Assembly (NCBI GenBank): GCA_043775925.1
Contig: JAYVRW010000226.1
Coordinates: forward strand, 52-64,051
Length of the DNA: 64,000 nucleotides
Direction: 5' to 3'
DNA from: Blastocatellia bacterium
GTDB taxonomy: Bacteria > Acidobacteriota > Blastocatellia > RBC074
A model generated the notes under the pieces. It did no database searches. It had not been told where the DNA came from and saw only the letters and a program-made list of their open reading frames with translations. Positions 19,925 through 30,696 of this stretch are shown here, in pieces. Within the stretch, counting starts at the first letter, position 1; every line of letters starts with the position of its first letter. The translations under genes were made by a program, and so were the position numbers.

Positions 19925-20751
19925 AAGAGGCCGCGCCCGACACTTACCTGATCGGGCGTGGAAGAAGCGCCGGGTCTCCATTGTTAAGCGCTAAGCAGCC
20001 TATCTCTGGCCACCAATACTGGTCGCCTGGTTTGTGGTCGTCGTGATAGGTCAGGTTCGCCAAGATCGGTGCATAAAAGTCTGTGTAGTAATGAAGTAAT
20101 TGCTAAACGTCCCGTAGATATTATGGCCGCGCGATTTGATCACCCCATTGCCCGCGAAATCTCGGTTAGGTGCCAACAGGCCATTGTTGGTCACGATGAT
20201 GTTTTGGATTTCCACGTACGTCGTTGCCTAGAACGGCAGACACCCACAATCGTAATAAATCCCGCCGCCTTCCAAAGTCGCCTGATTATCTACGACCGTC
20301 AGGTTGCGCAGCGAGACGTGATTTATTTTCGGCACGACTTGAAAGAGAAGGCCGTCCCCGTATGTTGGTGAGGAGTTGCGGGTAATGGTGGTGTCGTGAA
20401 TATTGGTTTCATTCGCCCCACGGATGAAAAGGCCGCCGCCCATCGCACCAAAGCCTTTATCCTGCGCCGCATTTTCCACCAGCGCGCTGGGTTCAATCGT
20501 AACTTGTGCGATTTGGATTTGATTAGGCAGGGGACAGCGGCGGGCGTGCCATCGCTTGCGATACCATCGCCCAATGCTGCGCGGTTAACGAAAAATGATG
20601 GGTTGCGAATCACCAGTTTTTTCGTTTCCACCCACGTAAGCGAGAACGCGGGAAAATCGGTATCATTGCGTGGCCGCTTGCTTGTGCTTTTCGCTGGCGG
20701 AGCGGATGGACTGTTTTGCTGGCAACACTGCCCTGTTACTGCTTGCTTCAT
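19925..20751 (-). pseudogene. Multiply frameshifted right-handed beta-helix repeat protein gene
   Basis: Beta-helix-like segments appear in at least three different - frames: VIRNPSFFVNRAALGDG; IEPSALVENAAQDKGFGAMGGGLFIRG...NLTVVDNQATLEGGGIYY; YVEIQNIIVTNNG... Confidence 0.5.
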
Positions 20752-20976
20752 CGAACCGTCACAGCCTGACGGTTCAGCCGAGAGAACGGTGGATGGCTTC
20801 CGACACTTTTCGAAGTGTCATAGGATCACGCCGTTTTCAGCGGCGCTGGTAAGTGCCCTTTGCTAAGGTCTCTCACTCTCGCGGTCTCTTTTAGGGCGAG
20901 GAAGGCTGGTAGCGAAAAAAAAGATCAGGACTGTGATTGTCCTGATCTTTTCCCGTTCCTCGCTTGCACCGAAAGT

Positions 20977-22614
20977 TTATGGGCAAGTACAAACCATCTG
21001 AATCGCTTCCATCCGGCGCGCCTGCCCAGTGGTGCCCGCCGTCTTTCCGTCTTCTACCCAGGGCAGCCACCCCAAGTCTGCGACGTGGGCGCGGTAGCGC
21101 ACTTTGCAATCCGGTGATGGAGCACTTATCAGCTTAATTTCAGCCGCTTCCATTTGCCGACCATACCCCACTGTTCCGGCAATCCCTCCATATCCAGCCG
21201 TCGTCCAAGGCATCCAGCCCAGATTGGCAACGTGGGCACGATAACTGACACTCACGCCTGACGGCTTGTAGATTTTCAGCGCCTCCATTTGCCGGTTCTC
21301 CCCCGTCGTCCCCGCTACCATAGTGCTGAACACTGGATTAAGCCAATATAGCAAGGCAACGTTTGCTTGATACTTTAGGCTGTAATTTTTGTAGTACGGG
21401 ATTAAAGAATAGAGCAACAGGTTGGGTGAGTTGAAGCCAATGTCTGTAACGACATCGAGCGTGGCTTTCCCTAGTATGACGCTCTTCACATCGGCAGGCG
21501 CGGCAGTGGGATTGCTTTGCAGGTAGAGGGCGGCGACACCAGCGACGTGCGGCGTTGCCATAGAGGTACCGCTCAACGAGGCAATCGCTGTAGTGCTGCT
21601 GTTCCAAGTCGAAGTGATGTCTGCGCCTGGGGCAAAAAGGGAGACACAACTACCGATATTGGAGGCCCAAGTGGGGAAATTTGCCCGCTTGTCATTGACG
21701 GCTGTCGCGCCTACAGTAATTGCTGTTTCTACGCGAGCGGGAGAAAAGTTGCAGGCATCCAGACCTTTGTTGCCCGCAGCGATAGTATAGGTAACGCCCG
21801 CGACAATGGAATCCCTCACTGCGTCATCAAGCGATTGGTCTGCTGGGCCACCAAGACTCATATTAGCCACTGCCGGAATCCATGGTGCGAGTTTTTTTTG
21901 TTGCGTAACATAATTCACCCCTGCGATGACGCCCGCGTAAGACCCCCCGCCATTACAATCAAGCACGCGCACGGCGATCAGTGTCGCGCCTTTGGCTACG
22001 CCATATTGTGCGCCGCCTGCGGTTCCCGCAACGTGGGTGCCGTAGTATTGAAAGTGCCATCAACGGCGTCGTAACCATTGATGGCACGCCCGCCAAAATC
22101 CACGTGTGTGGTGAGAATCCCGGTGTCAATGATAAAGATTCGTACGCCTGCGCCATTCAGGGTGTAATTGTATTTTCCATCCAGGGGTAGATTGCGTTGA
22201 TCAACGCGATCCAAGCCCCAGGAATCAACGGCGAGTGTGGTATTCGCCGGGAGGATTTTGGCGTTAGCACTGACGGCGGGGTCAAGTTGAATAACTCGAT
22301 TCGGCTCCACGTAATCCACGCGAGGGTCGAGTTTCAATTCTTGCGCAGCACGCGCTGAAAACTTCGCGGCAAAGCCCGGCGCGGCATATTCGTACACATA
22401 AAGCATCTGCCCGCCATACGTGACGACCAGCGATTCGGCTAAGGCGCGGGTGTTGGTCGGGGGTAGCCGGTGGATCCGATTTTTTGAAGCCGACGATATA
22501 TTCGCCCGGAATGATGTCCCCATTGGCGGGGGCTTGCGCCCAAACGGATGAAATGTTGCAGCAACAGATGATGAAGAGCAGCACACTGATGAAGAGCGGC
22601 AAGCGTAAGCTCAA
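20977..22614 (-). pseudogene. Frameshifted subtilisin-like S8 serine protease gene (signal peptide, I9 propeptide, catalytic domain, C-terminal repeats)
   Basis: ORF 22282-22614 has the signal peptide and GEYIVGFKK propeptide. ORF 21996-22586 has the DTGI..H Asp-box. At about 22025 a 1-nt indel separates ...DGTFNT from HGTHVAGTAGG. ORF 20977-21972 has GTSMATPHVAG and the C-terminal repeats. Confidence 0.65.
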
Positions 22615-22919
22615 CTGGTTGCGGGTTTCTTTTCTTTTCTAAGCTTTGATGGTGTTGTTCGTAGACATAATAATTCTCCTTCTCCTGCTTATTTTTTGGT
22701 TTATCGAAGAGCACCATTTGTGCTCACCCCTGTAAGCGAGATCGAATAAAAAGTGGTATCACCCTTGCCAAATTATTTTTATTTGTTCGTCACTTGTTTT
22801 CGTGTTCGAGCCAATGAAGCTCAGGAAGAAACGGAGCGCAGATCTTGCTTGGAGACGGGGAAAGAGAGTTTAAGGATTAGTCACAGAGGACAGGAACAGG
22901 TCGCGGCAAATCGCTTTCT

Positions 22920-24077
22920 TCAAGGTGACGAAAGGCCCATAGTCTGAAGTAATTGCTGGAAGCGAACATCTGTGCGCAGCAGGTCGAAGCGCGGGTCAAC
23001 TTTGAGATAAAGCAATCCGGTGACACTGCGCGTGCCGTTGATGCGCTCCGCAAAAGCTTTTTCGAGCCACGCGAGCGCTTCTTCGCGATTACCAAGATTA
23101 GCGTTGAGCGAAGCCAGGCTAAACGGCGAGACCGATTGAATACGCGTGGGGGTACTGAGCAAGGCAATTCGCTGTTTCCAATATCCGCGCATTCCTTCCT
23201 GTGTAGCCGCTGTGCGAAGCGCGGCAATCGTTTCTGGCTTTTCGCCGCTCCTCGTTGCGATCTTGAGATATTCGGCAATCGCCTCGGCGTCACGGTGTTG
23301 CTGAAAATAAGTGCCCGCCAACCACTTACGTGCTTCATCCTAAGTTTCATCCAGTTCCAGCGTCTGCTGTAATTGCGTTACGGCCTTATCGTATTCGCGC
23401 GCAAGGTAGTGGCAGTAGCCAATCTCAGTGTTCAATGGTAACGACAACGGGTCAAGTGTTTTGGCGATTTGCAACTCCTGTTGCGCCGCGCTGAAACGCC
23501 CTTGCGCAAAATGCAAAATGCCGTACCAGTGATGCGCGGTCACATACCCTGGATTGCATTCGATGGCGCGCTTGAATCCCTGTTCGGCTTGCACCCAATC
23601 GTAATCATAAAAGAGTCGCAGCATTGCGAGTGACGTGTGGGCTTCGGAGGAATTGGCATCCAGTTCGACGGCTTTGCTGGCAGCGGCCTTCGCTCTTTGC
23701 AACGTTTCATTGCGCGGCAACCCCGAGTTGCCCGAACCTAAAAAGTACGCATCCGCGAGTCCAGCATAGGCCAGCGCGTAATCCGGGTCTTTCGCTATTG
23801 CCTGCTTAAAATAATCAATGCTTTTGAAGATTGCCTCGTCGCTTCGTTTGTTGAGCTGATATCGTCCGTACAAATAGAGCTGATACGCCTCGCTGTTTTT
23901 CGTATTGCGTTTTTGTAAGCGAGCGCGATTGTCGCTATTGATCGAGATGTGTAGGTGCTCGGAGATGCGTTCGGCAATCTCGGTTTGCAAGGGAGTCAAA
24001 TCGGCCAACGGGCGAACATACTTTTCGCCCCAGAGTAACGATCCATCTACCACATTTACGAGTTCTGTGCTAATCAC
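22920..24077 (-). pseudogene. TPR-repeat extracytoplasmic portion of the sigma-associated kinase/TPR protein, interrupted by an in-frame TAG
   Basis: Two same-frame ORFs separated by one stop (...LELDET*DEARKWLAGTYFQ...). TPR motifs are present. Overlaps the kinase-like ORF by 4 bp. Confidence 0.5.
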
Positions 24078-25108
24078 GACGGCAGCGCCTTTGCGAGCGA
24101 TACGCCCCGTGTCAATACGGCTTTGACCTTGAGTTGTTGCCCGGCTTGCTGCGGGTCAATCGCCTGAGCCTTGAGGCGAAAGACCGTGCTGCGCGCCATG
24201 ACGCGCAGGTCAGGGATTTGCGAAAGATGCGTGATGACACCTTCGATAACGCCTTCCGCCAGCGAATCTATCTCTGGGTCTGGGGCCACGCTCATCAGCG
24301 GCAACACCGCTAACGAATTGATTGCGTCGTTGCGCTTCCACCACGCACTCCCAACCCACGCCACAATGCCTAACAACAAAGTGACAACAATGAAAGCAAA
24401 GCTGCGCCTCGACACGTGAAGCCGGGATGGAGAAGAAGCCTTAGTGCCAGCCAGCATGGCTTGCACGTCAAACGCCAGATCGCGCGCCGATTGATAACGA
24501 TCCGCCGGGTGTTGGGCCAGACAGCGCAACAACAACCGTTGCAAGGCATCAGGCACAGCAACCTCTTTGCCGACCCTCAACAATGGCTCATCGCGCAGGA
24601 TCGCCGCCATCGTTTCCGCGGTTGTCGCGCGCGTAAACAGACGTTGCCCAAAGAGCATTTCATAGAGCACACAACCAAACGCAAAGATGTCGCTCGGCGT
24701 GTCCACCGCTTCGCCGCGCACCTGTTCCGGCGACATATATCCAAAGGTGCTGATGATGCGTCCGGGGGCAGTAACATTGCTGACGGTGGGGCTGAGCGCG
24801 GGCAAGGTCGTAGCAGGCGAAGATTTGATTTGATAATGCCCGAAGGTCAGGCCGATTCTTTCTGACCGTGTTGGCGGAGAGTTTATACCCTCGGGTTCTT
24901 CTGCTAAGACTGCTTGCATCTCGGTAAGCGGTGGTTTCTCAATGAAGCCGGGCGCGCGTTCGTGGGCAGCCAGCAGGGCTTCCACTTCCCCCCGTAACTC
25001 CGCATCGCCCGCACAACATTCGTCAAGCAGTGCGGCTCGTTCGTGCGGCTCGCACTCCAGTACACGGTCTAAAATCTTGTCAATCAGGCGCCAGCGTTCA
25101 GGGGTCAT
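24074..25108 (-). CDS. ECF-sigma-associated Ser/Thr-kinase-family membrane protein with the kinase catalytic core deleted (likely non-functional)
   Basis: N-terminal MTPERWRLIDKILDRVLECEP...CAGDAELRGEVEALLAAHE is the sigma-partner motif. The sequence jumps from GHYQI (kinase subdomain I) to GTFGYMSPEQ...DIFAFGCVLYEMLFG (subdomains VIII-IX). A transmembrane helix and periplasmic domain follow. Confidence 0.55.
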   Translation of the reverse strand: MTPERWRLIDKILDRVLECEPHERAALLDECCAGDAELRGEVEALLAAHERAPGFIEKPPLTEMQAVLAEEPEGINSPPTRSERIGLTFGHYQIKSSPATTLPALSPTVSNVTAPGRIISTFGYMSPEQVRGEAVDTPSDIFAFGCVLYEMLFGQRLFTRATTAETMAAILRDEPLLRVGKEVAVPDALQRLLLRCLAQHPADRYQSARDLAFDVQAMLAGTKASSPSRLHVSRRSFAFIVVTLLLGIVAWVGSAWWKRNDAINSLAVLPLMSVAPDPEIDSLAEGVIEGVITHLSQIPDLRVMARSTVFRLKAQAIDPQQAGQQLKVKAVLTRGVSLAKALPS

Positions 25109-25160
25109 AGCGAATCCAAGAGATCCATGTTGTATTATTGTTTATCGCATTAGAGTAGAT

Positions 25161-25808
25161 TTAAGTCTGGTGTACGGCATATCCACAGCTTTTGAACCAG
25201 CCCAAAGCGTCTTTTTCGGTAATCAGTAACAAGGCTTCTTTTAAGGCTTGTTCCAGTTCGACTCTTGTTCTGGCTTTCGCTTTGCGTAGCGCGGTCTTGA
25301 TTTTCGACCAACATTTTTCTATCGGATTCAAATCGGGCGAATAGGGCGGCAAGTAGATCAATTTCGCTCCGACGGCCTCAATCAACTCTCGGATTCCTTT
25401 TACTTTATGCACTGACAAATTGTCCATCATGACAATATCTCCTGCTTTTAAGGTCGGACACAAAACCTTTTTCACATAGATTTTGAAAACGATTCCGTCA
25501 ACCGCTCCGTTAATTGTCATCGGAGCTTCAATGCCCGAAAATGACAAACTTGCCAACATCGAAATATTTTCGCCGTAGTTTTGCGGCACACTTTCAATTA
25601 CCCGTTCGCCTTTCTCACCTCGCCCGTAAAGCCTTGTCATTGCTATGTTACTGCCTGCTTCATCTAAAAACTTGAACCGCGAAACAACCTCTTTTTCAAT
25701 CGCTGTTCGGTAATCCGACCGCATTAATTTGACTCGTTCGGTTGCTTGTTCGCTGGCGTGGAGCGACTTTTTTTGAGCCGTAATTTCAATCTTTGTAGTT
25801 CGACACAC
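25161..25808 (-). CDS. IS630-family transposase, DDE domain part (OrfB)
   Basis: DDE_3-like motifs ...MDNLSVHK...YLPPYSPDLNPIEKCW... Confidence 0.7.
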   Translation of the reverse strand: MCRTTKIEITAQKKSLHASEQATERVKLMRSDYRTAIEKEVVSRFKFLDEAGSNIAMTRLYGRGEKGERVIESVPQNYGENISMLASLSFSGIEAPMTINGAVDGIVFKIYVKKVLCPTLKAGDIVMMDNLSVHKVKGIRELIEAVGAKLIYLPPYSPDLNPIEKCWSKIKTALRKAKARTRVELEQALKEALLLITEKDALGWFKSCGYAVHQT

Positions 25809-26119
25809 ATTGTTGCGGTCGTTACTCGCGGCTTATTTGTCGCTTCCGAGACGACCACGCATAACTCGTCAAGCGTTGCATCCGACCGGTTTTTGACCAA
25901 CTCCCGAATCAACGTTTCATCATTTTTCAAGCGTCTTTCGGCACCCCTGACAGCCCAAATTTTAGCCCGATAATCGCCTGTTGTCCGAAAACGATGCCAC
26001 AATTTCTCGACAAACGGCAGACTGACGGCAAAACGTTTGGCAATTTCGGCTTGGCTTATCTCATTGGCTTGAATTGTTTCAATGACTCTCAGCCTTAAAT
26101 CCTCTGAATATGGTTTCAT
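25724..26119 (-). CDS. IS630-family transposase, HTH part (OrfA)
   Basis: Helix-turn-helix N-terminal module. Overlaps OrfB in another frame; this two-ORF arrangement is seen in some IS630 members. Confidence 0.65.
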   Translation of the reverse strand: MKPYSEDLRLRVIETIQANEISQAEIAKRFAVSLPFVEKLWHRFRTTGDYRAKIWAVRGAERRLKNDETLIRELVKNRSDATLDELCVVVSEATNKPRVTTATMCVELQRLKLRLKKSRSTPANKQPNESN

Positions 26120-26252
26120 TCAACTATTATACCATATATTGAATCCCAATCTGCTCTAGGGAGCAATTTGAGCTTTTGAAGCCTACATTCCATATCTGAA
26201 ATCGCTGATAGAAGGGTGGTTATCGCCAACCTGAAAAGCTCAATTTGTGCCC

Positions 26253-26813
26253 TTACGCAGTATAGTTCATTTCCTGATAGAGCCAGGCTTTGGCCTTTAG
26301 CCATTCGCGCTTGATGGTGATTTCCGACAGCCCCAGCACTTCGGCGGTTTCGTCCGCGCTCAGTCCCCCAAAATAACGCAATTCGACAATCCGCACCTTT
26401 CGTTCATCCAGTCGGGCAAGTTTATCGAGCGCTTCGTTGAGGGCCAGGACGTCAACGGAAGCTGCCGGCATCACCATCGCGGCTTCGTCAAGCGTGACCT
26501 GCTGTGCGCCGCCACCGCGTTTAGCAACCTGGCGCGAACGTGCGTGATCCACCAGTAAATGCCGCATGACCTGAGCGGCAATGCCGAAAAAATGCGCCCG
26601 GTTCTGCCACTCGACTTGTTCCTGACCCGCCAACCGTAAATATGCTTCATTGACTAAGGCCGTGGCTTGGAGCGTGTGGTTGTGGCGCTCGTGGGACATA
26701 TAGCGCTTGGCTAAGCGATGCAATTCGTCATACACTAGCGGCATCAATTGATTCAGCGCGGCCTCATCGCCATTGCGCCAATCCACCAGTAGTTGCGTCA
26801 CATTCTGAGGCAT
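26253..26813 (-). CDS. ECF-family RNA polymerase sigma factor (kinase-associated subgroup)
   Basis: [27 protein letters not shown] (sigma region 2) and a region-4 HTH ...[12 protein letters not shown]... Confidence 0.8.
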   Translation of the reverse strand: MPQNVTQLLVDWRNGDEAALNQLMPLVYDELHRLAKRYMSHERHNHTLQATALVNEAYLRLAGQEQVEWQNRAHFFGIAAQVMRHLLVDHARSRQVAKRGGGAQQVTLDEAAMVMPAASVDVLALNEALDKLARLDERKVRIVELRYFGGLSADETAEVLGLSEITIKREWLKAKAWLYQEMNYTA

Positions 26814-27186
26814 CGGAGTTTTCTCCCTCCTGTTTGTTACTGCGAAAATACCAATGAAATGACCAGTGTGATTATACTCTCACGATAGGTTGTTCTCCTC
26901 ATCCAATCGCTGCCCCAAGAAAAATCTGTCGCTGAGCGGAAAGGGTTTCCCCTAACTCCCTGGTTTTTGCGTTCCCTTTTGGTTGATTGAACAATGAGAG
27001 ATTAATGGCTCAATAAAAGGAGAAGTTGGAGAATTACGACACTTTTAAAAGTATCACAACACCGGGTAGAACTCCACAAAAGGGAGAAACGTCCACAGGG
27101 GTTTGCCCAGAAGGAAAACCCCAACTTAAGTCACTAAAGTTCCATAGGAATGGGTTTCTGCCCTGAAGGATGGACACATTAACTAA

Positions 27187-27708
27187 ATGAGCGTGTCAGA
27201 ACAAGTTAACAAACTTGTGAGAGTTTATTTCTGCTATGAAAAGAACTCTGATCTGACACGCATCACGGACTATAGCAAAGAAATGTTACCTTGGGCACAT
27301 CCGCATCAAAGCAAAGTGCTGACCACCTTCGTGGCTGCCATCCTCGACCAGCAAACCGGGAACCAATCGCAATTGGCTCGCACGCAAGGCAATCAAGAAG
27401 CTGCGTGTAAACGGTTGTCCCGTTTGTTGCATAATCCGCGACTGGCTCCCAAAGCCCTGGCGGAGAGTGTCTGCCAACAAGCCTTGCGCCAACTGCCCAA
27501 ACAAGGAATCGTGCGCTGCGCCATTGATTGGACCAGCGAAGGCGACCAACATTTATGCGTTGTCTCGCTCGTTATCGGTCGTCGTGCCATCCCCATTGAT
27601 TGGCGCGCTTATGCGCAAAGCGTCCTGAAAGGGCGGATGAAACGCGATGAGCTCGCCGTGGTGAAGCGTGCCGCTTCGGAATGTTCCTCCGGCAGCATTT
27701 TTACTTGA
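27187..27708 (+). pseudogene. N-terminal fragment of a DDE transposase (IS4/IS701-like), truncated
   Basis: 173 aa with ...CKRLSRLLHNPRLAP...VRCAIDWTSE resembling a transposase N-terminal region and first catalytic Asp. No downstream DDE domain. Confidence 0.4.
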
Positions 27709-27926
27709 GGCAATACGCAATACGATTTTTAATTGTCGTTCATCAGGCAGATAATACGGCACACGATTTACACCTGACTCTCGTTAGGCAATAATGTGGA
27801 CATCTTTCGTATTTTCTCGTTTGTAAGTGATCTTTAGGGCGTTTCTGGCGCACAGCCCCAAGGAAAATTTAGGGAAAAGCGGCTGTTTCCCCCCATCGCA
27901 TCACATTTTCTTCAGGAGCGTAGAAC

Positions 27927-30515
27927 ATGAAAACTTTCATTCTTCTCGTCAGTCTGACAGTCCTCGTTGTGGCAGTATCTGTCGGTTATCCACAAACACC
28001 GGTCAAGCCAACCCCCACCAAACCGACTCCCACAGCGCCCGGCCAGAAGACCGGCACTGTCACAACGCCTGCGACTCCCAGCCAGCGGCCAGCGACGCCG
28101 ACACAGCGGCCAGGGGCCCCACAGCCTGTGGCCGGAAGCGCGCAGTTACCGCCGGGGACAGCCTTGTTGGAGTTGCGTGGCACACGCGGTCAGGGCGTCA
28201 ATGTGCTGGCGGATGAGCGCCTGATGACGGGTACACAAGGCACCATTGATTTCTGGGTGGCCACACAATGGGACTCCGCCAAAGTAGCCCAGGATCAGCC
28301 GCTCATGGTGGTGAAACTCGGCAGCACCAGCAAGAACGCCTGGGGCATTTTCATCTCTCCTGGAAAAGACACGATTGGGTTATGGAATGGTGAGGGACAG
28401 GAAGAATGGCCCTTCAATTTCGCCGATGGAGCTTTGCATCACGTGGCACTGGCAACCAACGAGCGCGGCACCGAGTTATTCATTGATGGACGCACCAAAG
28501 GTGTTCGTCCGGTCAGTTATGGCAATCCGGGCGAAGGCGTTGTGCTGCCCATGACGATTGGCCCGGCTCCCTTTGTCGGTAGAATTGGCGGCGTGCGAAT
28601 CTGGAAAACGAGACTGTCGGCAGAGGTGCTGCGACGCTTGAAAGACACGCCGTCCAGTGGGATGGAGGGACAGGCGGAAGCCAGCAACTTAGTGGGCTAT
28701 TTGGGCGGGACTGGCGCGGCGGCCCGCTTCAATATGCTGACTGCTTCTTTCAGCATCGGAGGGATTTGGAGGAAGGATGACGCTGAGGTTGGCGTAGCGC
28801 TGGGGCAAAGCGGCACGGCCAAGGATTTCATTTATAAACCCGCTCAGTTGGTGACGATTCGCCTGCTCCCAGAAAACCATGCGCTGGTTCGCTTGGGAGG
28901 AGCGTCTCCAACACCAAGTGCTACGGCTGTGGCGGGAAAGCCTGCGGCGACGGGCGGCAACAAAGTGCCGGTGCTGCTGTTGGACGATCCAGCCAGCGGC
29001 AAATTGGTGGTGCGCACGCTTCAGACCAGCGGGCGCAATCAATACAGTGCCGGAACGCTCGCCCTCAAGCTGATTGATAATGGGCGGTTGCAGATCGGGC
29101 AAACCCTCTATCGGCGCGCGGAAAAGCAGGCGAAGAACACCCAGAAGATGAACGAGGGCTTCAAAGGAGCCATTCCCAGCAACCTTGAATTCAGTGAGCG
29201 CGGGTATCATCTGCCCAGGATCAACCCCTGGGATTACCGAGACACCGGTACACAGCGCAAGCTCTTTATGCATTTCAAACCAGATTCGCTTGATTATGAC
29301 CTGGAACCACCGCTGATGATTCCACGGGGATTGAAGTATCGAGCTACGTCTGGTAGTTGGACAACCACGGAGGCAAAGAGCTACTCGAATACGAGCGATT
29401 ATTACAATGCCATGACCTTTGGCATTGGCGTCAGCGCCAATGCCGAGGTTGGGATAAAATCCCAGGGTAGTTGTGTCGGGGTCTGCGTTGGTGGTGGCTT
29501 CTCGCTCAACACGGAATTCAAAAACGCGCTGACGAAGATGCAAAGCGAACGTCGGTTGCACCGATTTCAGGTCGCAGAATGCCGCAAATATGATCTCGTG
29601 CTTGACAAGGCCAATGCGACGCTCAGCGACCAATTCCGCCAAGCCGTCGAATCCCTCAAGCGTTCGGGGAGTTATAGCCAATTCGTCGAGAGTTGGGGAA
29701 CACATTATCCTCACGGCGTCGTCTACGGCGCGAAAGGCGTTAAGGACATCTCAATCACCGAAAAATCCGTCAGTGAGTCAAAACAGAGTACCCAAGAAAT
29801 TCAGGCTAGTATTAAGGCTGCAGTTGATGGGACTTTTGCGCGAGGAGGCGGAGAACTTTCGGGTAAATATGGCAGGGACACGAAAAACGGTAGCGGAAAT
29901 TCAACGGAGTTGGAGATAACGAAGTCGTTTAGCGTTGGCGCGACGGGAGGCGTAGACGGATTAAGTTGTGCCAACCTCGACGAAGTCACACCAATCCGCC
30001 TTGATCTGCGGCCCTTGGATGAATTGCTGACGCCGCCCTTTTTTGACGACCCCGAAATTCTCACGCGCGTTCGTGAAGGTCTCAAACAAGCCATTGCCAA
30101 AACACTGGCGGATGCTAATGCCAATCTCGCGCAGTTCCTGAGCACACAGACGACCTTTGCCCCGCGACCGAAACAAGCGGGAGGAACAGCAGCTACGCAA
30201 TCGCAACAACCCCAAACCTGTCCGGCGAAAACCTATCGTTTAGAGAAATCCTATGACGTGACCCATGCCTATGTTGACCTTAGTTTACCCGCGCGTGACG
30301 AGGGAGAGACCTATTCATGGGAAGCGGGCGGATACTGGAAAGGGCATGAGGCGCATTGTGATTATATCGGGTGGAGTAAGGTGGTTTTCAATTGCCGCAA
30401 GGGCAAGTGGGAGCTGGCACCCGTGAACATTGAAGGTGGTGGTTCCTGTTCCGGTGCCACTAACTATCAACAAACCGGTATGACGGCTGGTTTAAATAGA
30501 ACGCGTCCCAGGTGA
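27927..30515 (+). CDS. Secreted MACPF-domain protein with Pro/Thr linker and LamG/ConA-like domain
   Basis: ATG with an AGGAG ribosome-binding site. Signal peptide MKTFILLVSLTVLVVAVSVG. LamG-like DFWV...HHVAL...LFIDG. MACPF signature Y-x6-WGTHY (YSQFVESWGTHYPHG) followed by a GG motif and a Gly-rich amphipathic cluster upstream. Confidence 0.6.
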   Translation: MKTFILLVSLTVLVVAVSVGYPQTPVKPTPTKPTPTAPGQKTGTVTTPATPSQRPATPTQRPGAPQPVAGSAQLPPGTALLELRGTRGQGVNVLADERLMTGTQGTIDFWVATQWDSAKVAQDQPLMVVKLGSTSKNAWGIFISPGKDTIGLWNGEGQEEWPFNFADGALHHVALATNERGTELFIDGRTKGVRPVSYGNPGEGVVLPMTIGPAPFVGRIGGVRIWKTRLSAEVLRRLKDTPSSGMEGQAEASNLVGYLGGTGAAARFNMLTASFSIGGIWRKDDAEVGVALGQSGTAKDFIYKPAQLVTIRLLPENHALVRLGGASPTPSATAVAGKPAATGGNKVPVLLLDDPASGKLVVRTLQTSGRNQYSAGTLALKLIDNGRLQIGQTLYRRAEKQAKNTQKMNEGFKGAIPSNLEFSERGYHLPRINPWDYRDTGTQRKLFMHFKPDSLDYDLEPPLMIPRGLKYRATSGSWTTTEAKSYSNTSDYYNAMTFGIGVSANAEVGIKSQGSCVGVCVGGGFSLNTEFKNALTKMQSERRLHRFQVAECRKYDLVLDKANATLSDQFRQAVESLKRSGSYSQFVESWGTHYPHGVVYGAKGVKDISITEKSVSESKQSTQEIQASIKAAVDGTFARGGGELSGKYGRDTKNGSGNSTELEITKSFSVGATGGVDGLSCANLDEVTPIRLDLRPLDELLTPPFFDDPEILTRVREGLKQAIAKTLADANANLAQFLSTQTTFAPRPKQAGGTAATQSQQPQTCPAKTYRLEKSYDVTHAYVDLSLPARDEGETYSWEAGGYWKGHEAHCDYIGWSKVVFNCRKGKWELAPVNIEGGGSCSGATNYQQTGMTAGLNRTRPR

Positions 30516-30696
30516 GAAATCAATTAACCCTCGACGGCGGCGAGGATTGGCACTCCCCTCCTCCCAATGTCGGCTGCCATTGCGTGAGAAACCTTGATTG
30601 TCGCAACCAAACGACTTAGGCACTGACCCGGTATTTTAGTAGTCAGTACCGGGAAGCAGGGCTGGCGAGGATTCATCAATCATCAGGAAGGAAACT

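Larger units (their letters stand above)
25153..26156 (-). mobile_element. IS630-family insertion sequence, about 1.0 kb, with 9-bp terminal inverted repeats (GAGTAGATT/GAGCAGATT) and flanking TA
   Basis: Inverted repeats read at 25153-25161 and 26148-26156, each flanked by TA dinucleotides. Contains two-frame transposase ORFs. Inserted between the ECF sigma gene and its kinase partner. Confidence 0.55.

Noticed and set aside
20069-20371. 100-aa + strand ORF
   Set aside because: Lies opposite the beta-helix pseudogene fragments. The coding signal is on the - strand.
22439-22717. 92-aa - strand ORF
   Set aside because: Alternative frame overlapping the S8 protease signal-peptide/propeptide region. 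The protease frames carry the recognisable motifs.
28689-29714. 341-aa ORF on the - strand
   Set aside because: Lies entirely antisense to the MACPF gene. Typical GC-rich shadow ORF with no motifs.
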